This document shows positions 8,694 through 17,373 of a stretch of 41,297 nucleotides of DNA, in pieces. The translations under genes and the position numbers were made by a program. The stretch's first letter is position 1, and each line of letters starts with the position of its first letter. The notes below the pieces were generated by a model. It searched no databases, had not been told where the DNA came from, and was given only the letters and a program-made list of their open reading frames with translations. The DNA is from Acinetobacter phage APK86. Location of the stretch: sequence record MZ936314.1; one strand, given 5' to 3'.

Positions 8694-9431
8694 ATGAATA
8701 GATTTAAAGTTGGTGATCTAGTTCGATGCTGTAACTCTTTCGGTTGTGAAACTGTAAGTAATGGTAGAGTTTACAAAGTCACGATAGTCCGAGATAATAC
8801 AATCGGATTAGATAATGGGTTCGGTACATTCTACAATGCAAATCGTTTTGTACTATTTAAAGCAGGTAAACAAGAGGTTAAGGAAATGAAACAAGAACAA
8901 CGAGTTATCGCTACACGTTTAACAGGTGGTTCTGACCTAGTTATCGGTGAAGTATACATTGGTAATTGGAATCAGTTTGCAGACATAGTACAGATTGGTG
9001 ATCAAAATTATGCTGCAAAGTACTTCTCGTTAGAGGTTCCACTTACACCTGAAAAAGTATTCGAAGCTATCCGAGCAGGTGAAACCTTAGAGCATTTCAA
9101 TCAGATTCGACAGGATTGGCAGCGAATTGAAAATCCTCGCTGTTTAAGTTATGGCGGTATTGAGAGTGGTATTTTCCGTATCGCTAAGCAATATATTGAT
9201 TTCTTTGGACATAAAGTACCTGCACCTATTAAGGATGGACGTAAACATACTGGTGATTTCTATGGCGTAAGCTTTAGTAAGAACAGCGTATACCAGTGTG
9301 CGCCTCAGCACGCAGTGCGTAATATTGAGGCTGGTACTGCTTTCTATTGGACTAATGAGCAAGATGCGGATATTGTTCGTAAGCTTATTCGTCAACCGTT
9401 CGCTAACAAGACAGAGGTTCCAAACGTATGA
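8694..9431 (+). CDS. Hypothetical protein (245 aa)
   Basis: The ATG at 8694 is preferred over the in-frame TTG at 8682. No motif recognised. Confidence 0.55.
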   Translation: MNRFKVGDLVRCCNSFGCETVSNGRVYKVTIVRDNTIGLDNGFGTFYNANRFVLFKAGKQEVKEMKQEQRVIATRLTGGSDLVIGEVYIGNWNQFADIVQIGDQNYAAKYFSLEVPLTPEKVFEAIRAGETLEHFNQIRQDWQRIENPRCLSYGGIESGIFRIAKQYIDFFGHKVPAPIKDGRKHTGDFYGVSFSKNSVYQCAPQHAVRNIEAGTAFYWTNEQDADIVRKLIRQPFANKTEVPNV

Positions 9432-10408
9432 GTCATGCCTTAATTGAAGAGTACTTAGCTAAGACTAAGAACCCTGTACAACTTGTCAAGCATTTTGATG
9501 AAGTACCTGAGAGTAAGATTGAATACCCTTTAATTGGTCAGGTTAAATATGACGGTGTTTATATTCTTATCATTATTCATAATGGGCTATCTAAAGCTTA
9601 CAGTCGAACAGGTAAGGAATATTATTCTGAACTGTACTCCACAACATACTTTAAGAGTCTAGTTGGTTTAGAGGACGGTGTTTACATAGGTGAGCTGGTT
9701 GCGCCTACAATCACGTTAGAGGAACTTTCGGGTCTAGTAAGTACCAACCGTAAGGCAGAGTGGGGAACAGCCGATATAGAGGCAATGGAGCGATCCTACG
9801 TGATGTTACACGACTACTTGCACTTTGATGAGTTCTTAGCTGGTGGTTCTGTTCGCTACTATACTGACCGTTATGCAGATTTAGCACGCATCTTAGAAAT
9901 TGCCCAATGTAGTCTATACCTTATAGACAATACAATCATTAGTTCTAAAGAAGATGCTGAGCAATACGCTGATGAGCAGATTAAGTTAGGTCACGAAGGT
10001 GCTGTATTTAAGCAGGACCTTGATTGGATAGCAGGTCATAAAGGTTATCGGACAATGAAGATTGTTCGTGGTCTTCATCTTGATCTACTTTGCGTAGGAG
10101 TTGAGTATGGTAAAGGTAAACGTGAAGGTCAAATTGCTAAGCTTAAACTCTCTTATAAGAATCATATTTTCTCCGCTGACTTGGGTAAAGGATGGACTGA
10201 CGAGAAACGTATCAAACTCACTCAAGACTACGAGTACTATGAGCAAGCCATTAAAGACAATGACTTCTCAACAACGTACAAGAAACACCTAACACCTATC
10301 AACCAGATTTGGGAAGTCAAAGCGCTTCAAGAATCAAGTACAGGTAAAGCATTACGATTACCTAAAGTGGTTCGAGTACGTGAAGATAAGGAAGAACCTG
10401 ATGCTTGA
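9428..10408 (+). CDS. ATP-dependent DNA ligase
   Basis: Adenylation motif I KYDG (GQVKYDGVYI). 326 aa. Confidence 0.8.
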   Translation: MSHALIEEYLAKTKNPVQLVKHFDEVPESKIEYPLIGQVKYDGVYILIIIHNGLSKAYSRTGKEYYSELYSTTYFKSLVGLEDGVYIGELVAPTITLEELSGLVSTNRKAEWGTADIEAMERSYVMLHDYLHFDEFLAGGSVRYYTDRYADLARILEIAQCSLYLIDNTIISSKEDAEQYADEQIKLGHEGAVFKQDLDWIAGHKGYRTMKIVRGLHLDLLCVGVEYGKGKREGQIAKLKLSYKNHIFSADLGKGWTDEKRIKLTQDYEYYEQAIKDNDFSTTYKKHLTPINQIWEVKALQESSTGKALRLPKVVRVREDKEEPDA

Positions 10409-10520
10409 ATGGTGGAATGCTCTTGAAGGTTGGCAACAAACACTACTGTTTATATCTATAGTACTGTTCCTAATTAGTCGTTAATTGGGTATTGTAAGTA
10501 ACTGATTTAGTAATTAGTTA

Positions 10521-10543
10521 TTTGAAGTTACACTAATAGAAGG
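10521..10543 (+). promoter_or_regulatory. Putative phage RNA-polymerase promoter (TTTGAAGTTACACTAATAGAAGG)
   Basis: A 23-nt motif with 22 of 23 matches to the four identical copies downstream of the RNA polymerase gene. It ends in ...ATAGAAGGAGA, reminiscent of T7-type promoters (...TATAGGGAGA). It lies in an AT-rich intergenic island about 115 nt upstream of the DNA polymerase gene. Confidence 0.5.
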
Positions 10544-10657
10544 AGATATAAATATGATATTAAATATTATAAATATAACTATAATAATATACATAAGTAA
10601 TATTATAGTATTCTTATTTATACTTCTTCTTATAAATATACTTAAAGGTAGATATGC

Positions 10658-11518
10658 ATGAAACATAATTGGATTATTCTGGATTTTGAGGTGGAGAACT
10701 ATGAGTACTGTGGTGCTTTAGCAAGTCCGCATTGCCCTGAGAACTATGTAGTAGCTGCTGGTTGGGCGTGTGATAATGGTTTAGTTAAATCTGAATATTA
10801 TACGGAACCTGATCAATGGGTAGCATCTACAGCATTTGATGAAGACTTATTAAACTCTAAGGTATTAGTAGCACATAACTTATCTTTTGAGTTACATTGG
10901 TTACTTGCAACTAAGTTTGAACTTATTAAAAAATTCTTAAATAACGGTGGTCGTGTATTCTGTACGCAATATGCAGAGTTTTTAATTACACATCAAACTG
11001 AAATGTATCCTAAGCTTGAAGATTGCTCTGTTAAGTACGGTGGTACTAAAAAGATTGATGCGGTTAAGTTACTTTGGGAACAAGGTTATAAGACTTCTGA
11101 AATCGACCAAGCATTGTTAATGGAATACTTAGCGGATGAGCATAGCGGTGACGTAGCAAATACACGTCGAGTATGTTTTGCTCAGGTAGCGTACATGCAA
11201 GAAGTCGGTATGTACGAAATGGCTAAGATGCGTATGGATAGTTTATTATTCAATGCTATCGCAACGTATAACGGCTTGTATGTGAACATGGATGTAGCTA
11301 AGAAGAACATGGATGAGCAGTACAAACGTATTGCAGAGTTACAAGAGGATGTTCGTAGTTATCTACCTAAAGATTTACCTGATGAGTTAGAGTTCTCTTT
11401 CACTTCTGGTTATCACATGAGTGCGTTCTTATTTGGCGGTACGATTACCTACGATAAGAAAGTTCCTTACGATCCTCCTAAGTTTGTTAAAGGAGAATAC
11501 TATGTATTTGGAGAATGA
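10658..11518 (+). CDS. DNA polymerase I family, N-terminal fragment (3'-5' exonuclease region) of a split gene
   Basis: Begins with the exo I-like motif ILDFEVEN. 286 aa. It continues in 11932..13392 after an inserted HNH gene. Confidence 0.7.
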   Translation: MKHNWIILDFEVENYEYCGALASPHCPENYVVAAGWACDNGLVKSEYYTEPDQWVASTAFDEDLLNSKVLVAHNLSFELHWLLATKFELIKKFLNNGGRVFCTQYAEFLITHQTEMYPKLEDCSVKYGGTKKIDAVKLLWEQGYKTSEIDQALLMEYLADEHSGDVANTRRVCFAQVAYMQEVGMYEMAKMRMDSLLFNAIATYNGLYVNMDVAKKNMDEQYKRIAELQEDVRSYLPKDLPDELEFSFTSGYHMSAFLFGGTITYDKKVPYDPPKFVKGEYYVFGE

Positions 11519-11939
11519 GTTCAAGTTAGAAGGCGAACAGCTACGTTCGCTACGCTCAGGTAAGATCGTTAACGGTTACTTAAATAACGTCGGGTATCTA
11601 GTAGTCGCTGTAGGTAAGAAAAAGTATCTGTACCATAGAGTGAAGTTCTATCTAGCACATGGTTACTTACCAAAAGTTGTAGATCATATTAATGGTCAAC
11701 GCACAGATAATCGCCTAACCAACTTACGTGCAGCTACTTACTCATTAAACAACCACAATACGCATAACCGTAAGAATGCTACAGGTGTCAAAGGTGTATA
11801 TCTTAAACACAGATATGGAAAGACACGCTACCGTGCTAAAATTGTAGTGCAAGGTAAGGGTATTGAATTAGGGTTATTTGATGTATTAGCTGACGCAAAA
11901 GCAGCCTATGATAAAGCAGCAGAGAAATATTATGGTTAA
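11502..11939 (+). CDS. HNH homing endonuclease with AP2-like DNA-binding domain, inserted within the DNA polymerase gene
   Basis: AGGAG ribosome-binding site, then ATG at 11502. HNH motif VDHINGQRTDNRLTNLR. Downstream AP2-type segment GVKGVYLKH...YRAKI. It overlaps both polymerase fragments. Confidence 0.75.
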   Translation: MYLENEFKLEGEQLRSLRSGKIVNGYLNNVGYLVVAVGKKKYLYHRVKFYLAHGYLPKVVDHINGQRTDNRLTNLRAATYSLNNHNTHNRKNATGVKGVYLKHRYGKTRYRAKIVVQGKGIELGLFDVLADAKAAYDKAAEKYYG

Positions 11940-13392
11940 AATTAAATATGATCCAGAGAACCCACTAACACCAGAACAGATTGAAGATTTAGAATCTAAG
12001 TACGGGAAGTTACAACGCTACAAAGCTGGGAAGTTTAAAGGTCTACCTAAGATACAACGCTTAGATACAGATCAGCCTCTCCTTAAATGGGGCAAAGGAA
12101 CATACCGCTTTGAAGGTTTGGTAAACTTCAATGAACTACCTAAGCATGTATCTGAACAGTTCACAGGTGATCGTGCAGAGTTCAAAGGTAAGCGTGTACA
12201 TGCAGCTTGTGGTACTCCTGTGTATTCAACAGGTGATGATGCTTTAGACTTAGTAGCTAACTTCACAGAAGCAGCACAGCCATTACGTGACATGAAGAAG
12301 TTAATCAAAGATACCACGACATATTATCTTGTTGAAGATGATAAGGGTAAGCAGTCTGGTATGCTTCAATATGTTGAACCCAACGGAATCATCCATCACC
12401 AACTAAACAACTGTGCAACCGTTACAGGTCGCTTATCAGGTTCTCGACCGAATATGCAGAACATTCCCCGAGATGGGACATCTAAAGTTAAACAGATGTT
12501 CGAATCGCGTTTCGGTAAAGAAGGACGTATTGTTGAGGTCGATTACTCAGCACTTGAGGTCGTAACATTAGCTAGTATCTCGGGAGATAAGAACTTACTT
12601 CAACAGTTGATTGATGGTACAGATATGCACTGCTATCGTTTAGCAGGTGCTTTAGGAGAAGATTATGAAACTGTGTTTGAGAAGTGTCATGATAAGTCTC
12701 ATCCTGAACACAAGAAATATAAACAACTACGTACCGATATTAAGCCTCGTGCCTTCGCTAACCAATACGGGGCTTCCGCTATGGGTATTAGCTTCTCAAC
12801 AGGATGTTCACTTGAAGAGGCTGAGCAATTTAAAGAGACAGAGCGTAAGTTATTTCCAGAGTCTTCCACATACGCTGAACGAGTTGTACGTCCACAAGTC
12901 GAACAAAACGGACTCACAGTCCCGATGGAATCAGAACTCGTTAACGGTGTATGGAAACACTTCCGACGTGGATTCTTTAAAGCTAACAGTGGAACCTGCT
13001 ATAGCTTCCGTCAATTTCCCAAATACGTTAAAGGCGTAGGTGAGAAATATGATTATAAAGATACACAGCTTGCGAACTATTGGTGTCAAGGCGAAGCGTC
13101 ATTTATTGTGCAAGTCGCATGCGGTCGGGTTATTAGAGAACTTATTGCTCGGAACTTCGCTGGCGGTTTGGTGTTACCTATCAATACTGTGCATGATGCT
13201 ATATATCTCGATTGTGCGACCGAATCTTTAGCGAATGAATACGGTAAACTCGTACAGGAAATTATGGAATCGACACCTAAGTATATGGCTGAGATTATCC
13301 CAGCATTGAAAGAGTGGCGATATGATACAACACCGTTCCCAGCAGCAGCCGAGTACGGAATTAACATGATGGATAAGGTAGATGTTACTTAA
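11932..13392 (+). CDS. DNA polymerase I family, C-terminal fragment (polymerase domain)
   Basis: Pol A motif A-like DYSALEVV. 486-494 aa. The ATG at 11932 overlaps the HNH stop (ATGgTTAA). An alternative start at 11908 cannot be excluded. Confidence 0.7.
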   Translation: MVKIKYDPENPLTPEQIEDLESKYGKLQRYKAGKFKGLPKIQRLDTDQPLLKWGKGTYRFEGLVNFNELPKHVSEQFTGDRAEFKGKRVHAACGTPVYSTGDDALDLVANFTEAAQPLRDMKKLIKDTTTYYLVEDDKGKQSGMLQYVEPNGIIHHQLNNCATVTGRLSGSRPNMQNIPRDGTSKVKQMFESRFGKEGRIVEVDYSALEVVTLASISGDKNLLQQLIDGTDMHCYRLAGALGEDYETVFEKCHDKSHPEHKKYKQLRTDIKPRAFANQYGASAMGISFSTGCSLEEAEQFKETERKLFPESSTYAERVVRPQVEQNGLTVPMESELVNGVWKHFRRGFFKANSGTCYSFRQFPKYVKGVGEKYDYKDTQLANYWCQGEASFIVQVACGRVIRELIARNFAGGLVLPINTVHDAIYLDCATESLANEYGKLVQEIMESTPKYMAEIIPALKEWRYDTTPFPAAAEYGINMMDKVDVT

Positions 13393-13524
13393 TGAAGACA
13401 TAGAATTGGTAAGAATACCTCAACGAAGTAAATATAGACGATATGAATCAGTTCCAGTGACTAGACCAGTGGACTGCATCACGATTACACTTGACGATCT
13501 TTATGAAATTTTAGGAGTATCAGT

Positions 13525-14415
13525 ATGAACGCATTATTAGCACAAGCAGCAGCAGCAATCGAAGCAGGTAAAGTACAATTAGACATGACTGAAACTACAG
13601 CAGGTGGTTTTGAGAAACGTCTGTTAGGTGAAGGTACAGCGATTGTACAATTCACACAATATATTGATCATGGTATTCAGAAACAGAAACCATTCAAAGG
13701 TCAACCTAAGAAACCAGCTAAGACTGCTTCTTTAGGATTCCACATCCTTGCTGGTATTGGTACTCTCCCTGATGGTACAAAAGAACCATACGTACAAGAC
13801 GGTAAGCTTGAAAAGATTCGTACACGTTTTGACGTTGTTTTACACCAAAACGAAAAATCTAACGCTGTTAAAATCTTCAACGCATTGAACTATGCTAAGG
13901 ATGCAACACACTTTGTACAGAAACTTGGTAGCATTTACTTATTATCAATTGGTATTGAGAAAGGTAAAGACGGTAAAGAATATAACACTTATGACTTCTC
14001 TCAACTACAGAAGCCAATTGCTAATGCAATGACTGGTGCTATGTATGAAGCAGGTAAGGATGGTGTAGCAGATACACCAGCAGAAGAATATCAATTGTTC
14101 TTGTGGGATGCACCTACTAAGGAGCAATGGGATTCAATCTACATTGAAGGTGAGTACGAGAAGAAAACTAAGGATGCAAATGGTAATGAAGTTATCGAGA
14201 AGAAAAGTAAGAACTTCATCCAAGAGAAAATCCGTAGTGCTACTAACTTTAAAGGTTCACCAATCGACCTATTGTTGATTAGTCAAGGTGAGGATTTACC
14301 AGCACTTGAGGCTGAGGTGGAAGACTCAGACCCTAATGACCAACATGTTGAGGAAGATAAGACAGATATTCCAGCAGTTCCCGTAGCAGACATCCCAGCA
14401 GTTCCAGCCGTTTAA
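13525..14415 (+). CDS. Hypothetical protein with an acidic, repeat-containing C-terminal tail (296 aa)
   Basis: AGGAG ribosome-binding site. The C-terminus reads ...EAEVEDSDPNDQHVEEDKTDIPAVPVADIPAVPAV. Confidence 0.6.
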   Translation: MNALLAQAAAAIEAGKVQLDMTETTAGGFEKRLLGEGTAIVQFTQYIDHGIQKQKPFKGQPKKPAKTASLGFHILAGIGTLPDGTKEPYVQDGKLEKIRTRFDVVLHQNEKSNAVKIFNALNYAKDATHFVQKLGSIYLLSIGIEKGKDGKEYNTYDFSQLQKPIANAMTGAMYEAGKDGVADTPAEEYQLFLWDAPTKEQWDSIYIEGEYEKKTKDANGNEVIEKKSKNFIQEKIRSATNFKGSPIDLLLISQGEDLPALEAEVEDSDPNDQHVEEDKTDIPAVPVADIPAVPAV

Positions 14416-14470
14416 GCCTACTTACAACTAAATATAAGCCTCCTTCGGGAGGCAACCTCTAGGAGATTAC

Positions 14471-14590
14471 ATGTACACTTATATTGAAGATGAAGACTTT
14501 CAACCAGCAACACCAATGAATTGCCCTAATTGTGGATTAGTAGCAACATATACTGGAACTTGTCATTACTGTGGGGAGAAGTGCGAATGA
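14471..14590 (+). CDS. Zinc-ribbon microprotein (39 aa, CPNCG...CHYCG)
   Basis: AGGAG then ATG at 14471. Hand-translated to MYTYIEDEDFQPATPMNCPNCGLVATYTGTCHYCGEKCE, with two CxxC pairs. Confidence 0.4.
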   Translation: MYTYIEDEDFQPATPMNCPNCGLVATYTGTCHYCGEKCE

Positions 14591-14622
14591 GTTTAGATGT
14601 TAATAAATATTAGGATTTCCAT

Positions 14623-15579
14623 ATGAATAATATCCTATCACGCTTTGGCGTAACCTCCGACAGTATCTCTAAAGTGGATACATACAAAGCAGGTCATCAA
14701 GGAGATGTGTTATTACATGATGGAGATAGCGACTGTTATTACGTATGCACTCAGTATCGTAAGATGCAAACTATTCTTAATAACTTCGAGATTGCTATTC
14801 AGGAAAAGATGTTCTTAACAGGGGCTACAACCGCACGAGTTCATTTAACTCCTACAGGTTGTGCTAAGAACGGACGGCATTTACTGAACACAGTTAAACC
14901 GTATCAAGGGAACCGAGAAGGTAAACAAAAACCTGCTAACTTAGAAGAATTACGCAATATTGCACCTGATTATTTCAAAGATCATCCTACGATCAAGGTG
15001 TTTAGTCATTATGACATTGAAGCCGATGACGCTTTAATGATTGACCATTATCACTATCAGAATGGTATCTTAGTAAGTGCGGATAAGGATTTACAAATAT
15101 CTCCACACAAATCCTATAACATGGATGAAGGTAAATTTGAAACACTACTTAAAGGTGATCGTTTTGGATGGATTGCTAAGAAAGAGTGGTTGACACCAAG
15201 TTTAAAACCTGCATCTAAAATCGTTGGTAAGGGTACTCGTTTCTTTTTAGCACAGATGATTATGGGAGATGTCGCGGATAATGTTAAAGGGTTGATTAAA
15301 CTAAACGGAAAATCCTGTGGAGGAGCAGCGGCTTTAGCCTTACTTAAAGATGTTAAGGAGGAGGTGGTCGCGGTTAATTTGGTATTAGATGCATATAGAG
15401 CCATAGATCAAAACCCGATACCAGAAGCCGAGGCGCTTTGGTTGCTACGTAATAGGGAAGATAGTGCTTATAAATATCTAATGGAACATGAATTATCTAA
15501 AGATAACTTACACTTCTTAGAAGATTGTTATCACGAACGAATTTGGAGGAGAGAACCTGATGAAGACTCCTTGTATTGA
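14623..15579 (+). CDS. 5'-3' exonuclease (FEN/T7 gp6-like)
   Basis: Acidic catalytic-cluster motif YDIEADDAL. 318 aa. Position matches the exonuclease of T7- and phiKMV-like phages. Confidence 0.7.
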   Translation: MNNILSRFGVTSDSISKVDTYKAGHQGDVLLHDGDSDCYYVCTQYRKMQTILNNFEIAIQEKMFLTGATTARVHLTPTGCAKNGRHLLNTVKPYQGNREGKQKPANLEELRNIAPDYFKDHPTIKVFSHYDIEADDALMIDHYHYQNGILVSADKDLQISPHKSYNMDEGKFETLLKGDRFGWIAKKEWLTPSLKPASKIVGKGTRFFLAQMIMGDVADNVKGLIKLNGKSCGGAAALALLKDVKEEVVAVNLVLDAYRAIDQNPIPEAEALWLLRNREDSAYKYLMEHELSKDNLHFLEDCYHERIWRREPDEDSLY

Positions 15580-15997
15580 TCATGGAAGACGTGGTAATCG
15601 GGATGGTTATACTATGTGTAAAGTTACTGGTGTAACTCGTTTAATGCACCGTGTAGTATATTGTGACCATAATAAAGTACCTTATGATAGTATTAAGGGT
15701 CTACTGATTAGACATAAATGCGATAACCCTAGATGTATTAATCCAGAGCATTTGGAAACAGGTACTGCACAAGATAATTCGAATGATATGGTATCTCGTA
15801 ATAGACAGGCAAAAGGATTAAAGCACGGTATGACTAAGTTGACCGTAGAGCAGGTTAAATATATTCGTGCGAACTATAAAGCGTGGTGTCCTGAGAACGG
15901 TGCTAAAGCTTTAGGTTTAAAGTTTAACGTTTCTCCAACGGCGATACGTTTAGTACATAAAGGATTGAACTGGAAGTGTATTGGAGAGTACGCATGA
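15560..15997 (+). CDS. HNH endonuclease (HNH_3-type)
   Basis: Motif ...LLIRHKCDNPRCINPEHLETGTAQDN. Confidence 0.7.
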   Translation: MKTPCIDHGRRGNRDGYTMCKVTGVTRLMHRVVYCDHNKVPYDSIKGLLIRHKCDNPRCINPEHLETGTAQDNSNDMVSRNRQAKGLKHGMTKLTVEQVKYIRANYKAWCPENGAKALGLKFNVSPTAIRLVHKGLNWKCIGEYA

Positions 15998-16434
15998 CAG
16001 CACGTAAGATTTCCAGAGGTCAACTAAGACCTATCGCTATGAAGCTCTATAAAGAGCAAGGTGAGAAGTGTTTACTATGTCACAAGCCGATTGACTTTAC
16101 TAAGATGGGTAGAGATTCAGATTACGCAGTAGATCATGACCATGTGACAGGTTTAATACGAGGTACACTTCATCGTTCTTGTAACGCTGGTGAAGGTAAG
16201 GTAATTAATGCGGTAGGTTCTTGGGGCAGTAAGTCTAAAGAGCATGCAGCAATCCGAGAGTGGTTGCAGAACCTACTTAATTATTATGCTTATTGTGATG
16301 CACATCCAACGACTATGATTTACCCAAGTCACAAAACAGCCGATGAGAAGAAAGAAGCTCAGCGTGTGAAGCGAAATGCAGCAGCACGAAAAGCACGAGC
16401 AGTAGTTAAACAACGTAAACAGAAAGGTGATTAA
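15994..16434 (+). CDS. Endonuclease VII-like Holliday-junction resolvase
   Basis: CLLCHK...DHDHVTGLIRGTLHRSCN matches the T4 endonuclease VII zinc/HNH signature. The ATG at 15994 (ATGA overlap, GGAGAG ribosome-binding site) is preferred over the GTG at 15976. Confidence 0.65.
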   Translation: MTARKISRGQLRPIAMKLYKEQGEKCLLCHKPIDFTKMGRDSDYAVDHDHVTGLIRGTLHRSCNAGEGKVINAVGSWGSKSKEHAAIREWLQNLLNYYAYCDAHPTTMIYPSHKTADEKKEAQRVKRNAAARKARAVVKQRKQKGD

Positions 16435-16437
16435 TTT

Positions 16438-17373
16438 ATGTCTAAAGTAGTATTCAGCAGTTTAAAAGAATGGAAACAACGTGCCCTTCGTATGCACTTT
16501 CAAGGTCTAACTAGCTCAGAGATTTCTACAGAGTTAGGTATTTCTGATCGAACTATTCGCGATAATATCCAGAAGTTAGCTCATCGTGTTGACAAGAGTG
16601 TAGCATTGAAGCCACGTAAGCCTACAATCTTTGTAATTGGTGATACTCAGGTTAAACAAGGTATTAGTCTTGACTATATCCACTGGATTGCAAACTATAT
16701 CAAACTTAAACAACCTGACATTATTGTACAGATTGGTGATCACTACGATATGGCATCGTTAAGCACATATGATAAAGGGCAACTTAGTGCAGAAGGTCGT
16801 CGATTCGTATTAGATATTGAGGCAGGTGATGAAGCACTAGGCATTATTGAAGATTATATCCGATCTGTTAAAGGTTATAACCCACGTAAGGTTGTGGTGT
16901 TAGGTAATCATGAAGATCGTATTGATCGTTTTGTTAAGACTCATCCAGAGTTTGAAGGTCTGATTGGTACAGATAAATTAGCCTTTCACGATTATGGTTG
17001 GGAAGTTATCCCGTTCTTAAAACCACATAACATTTGTGGTATCCACTTTGTACACTACGTGATTAACGTGAACACGGGTAAGCCACTAGGCGGTAATCTT
17101 GATCTACGTCTTAAGACAGTTGGTGAATCTTTCGTAATGGGACATCAACAAATGTATGCTTATGCAGAACGTCAATTACCTATGACAGGTCGTAAGCAGT
17201 TTGCAGCAGTGGTTGGTGCATGTTATGTACATGATGAACCTTATAAAGGTTGGCAAGGTAATCACCACTTCCGAGGCTGTTTAATGCTGTATGGTTGTGC
17301 TGATGGTTATGCTATGCAGAAGAAAGTTGAACTTGAACATATGCGCGAAATTTACGAAGGAGAGCATGCTTAA
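16438..17373 (+). CDS. Helix-turn-helix domain fused to a calcineurin-like metallophosphoesterase
   Basis: N-terminal LTSSEISTELGISDRTIRDNIQ (sigma region 4/LuxR-like HTH). Metallophosphatase motifs follow: GDTQ, GDHYD, GNHE. Confidence 0.65.
   Translation: MSKVVFSSLKEWKQRALRMHFQGLTSSEISTELGISDRTIRDNIQKLAHRVDKSVALKPRKPTIFVIGDTQVKQGISLDYIHWIANYIKLKQPDIIVQIGDHYDMASLSTYDKGQLSAEGRRFVLDIEAGDEALGIIEDYIRSVKGYNPRKVVVLGNHEDRIDRFVKTHPEFEGLIGTDKLAFHDYGWEVIPFLKPHNICGIHFVHYVINVNTGKPLGGNLDLRLKTVGESFVMGHQQMYAYAERQLPMTGRKQFAAVVGACYVHDEPYKGWQGNHHFRGCLMLYGCADGYAMQKKVELEHMREIYEGEHA

Noticed and set aside
7893-9395. Minus-strand ORFs 7893..8114, 8448..8681 and 9144..9395
   Set aside because: They are antisense shadows inside the helicase gene and the 8694..9431 gene. 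No start context, and they run against the global gene orientation.
10101-10292. 63-aa + strand alternative-frame ORF within the ligase gene
   Set aside because: It is embedded in the ligase reading frame, which carries the KYDG motif.
12072-13367. ORFs on both strands inside the DNA polymerase C-fragment (12072..12317 −, 12665..13039 +, 12699..12917 −, 13040..13231 +, 13086..13367 −)
   Set aside because: They overlap a polymerase frame that carries the DYSALEVV motif. They are frame shadows.
15114-15404. 96-aa minus-strand ORF inside the exonuclease gene
   Set aside because: Antisense shadow of a gene with clear FEN motifs.
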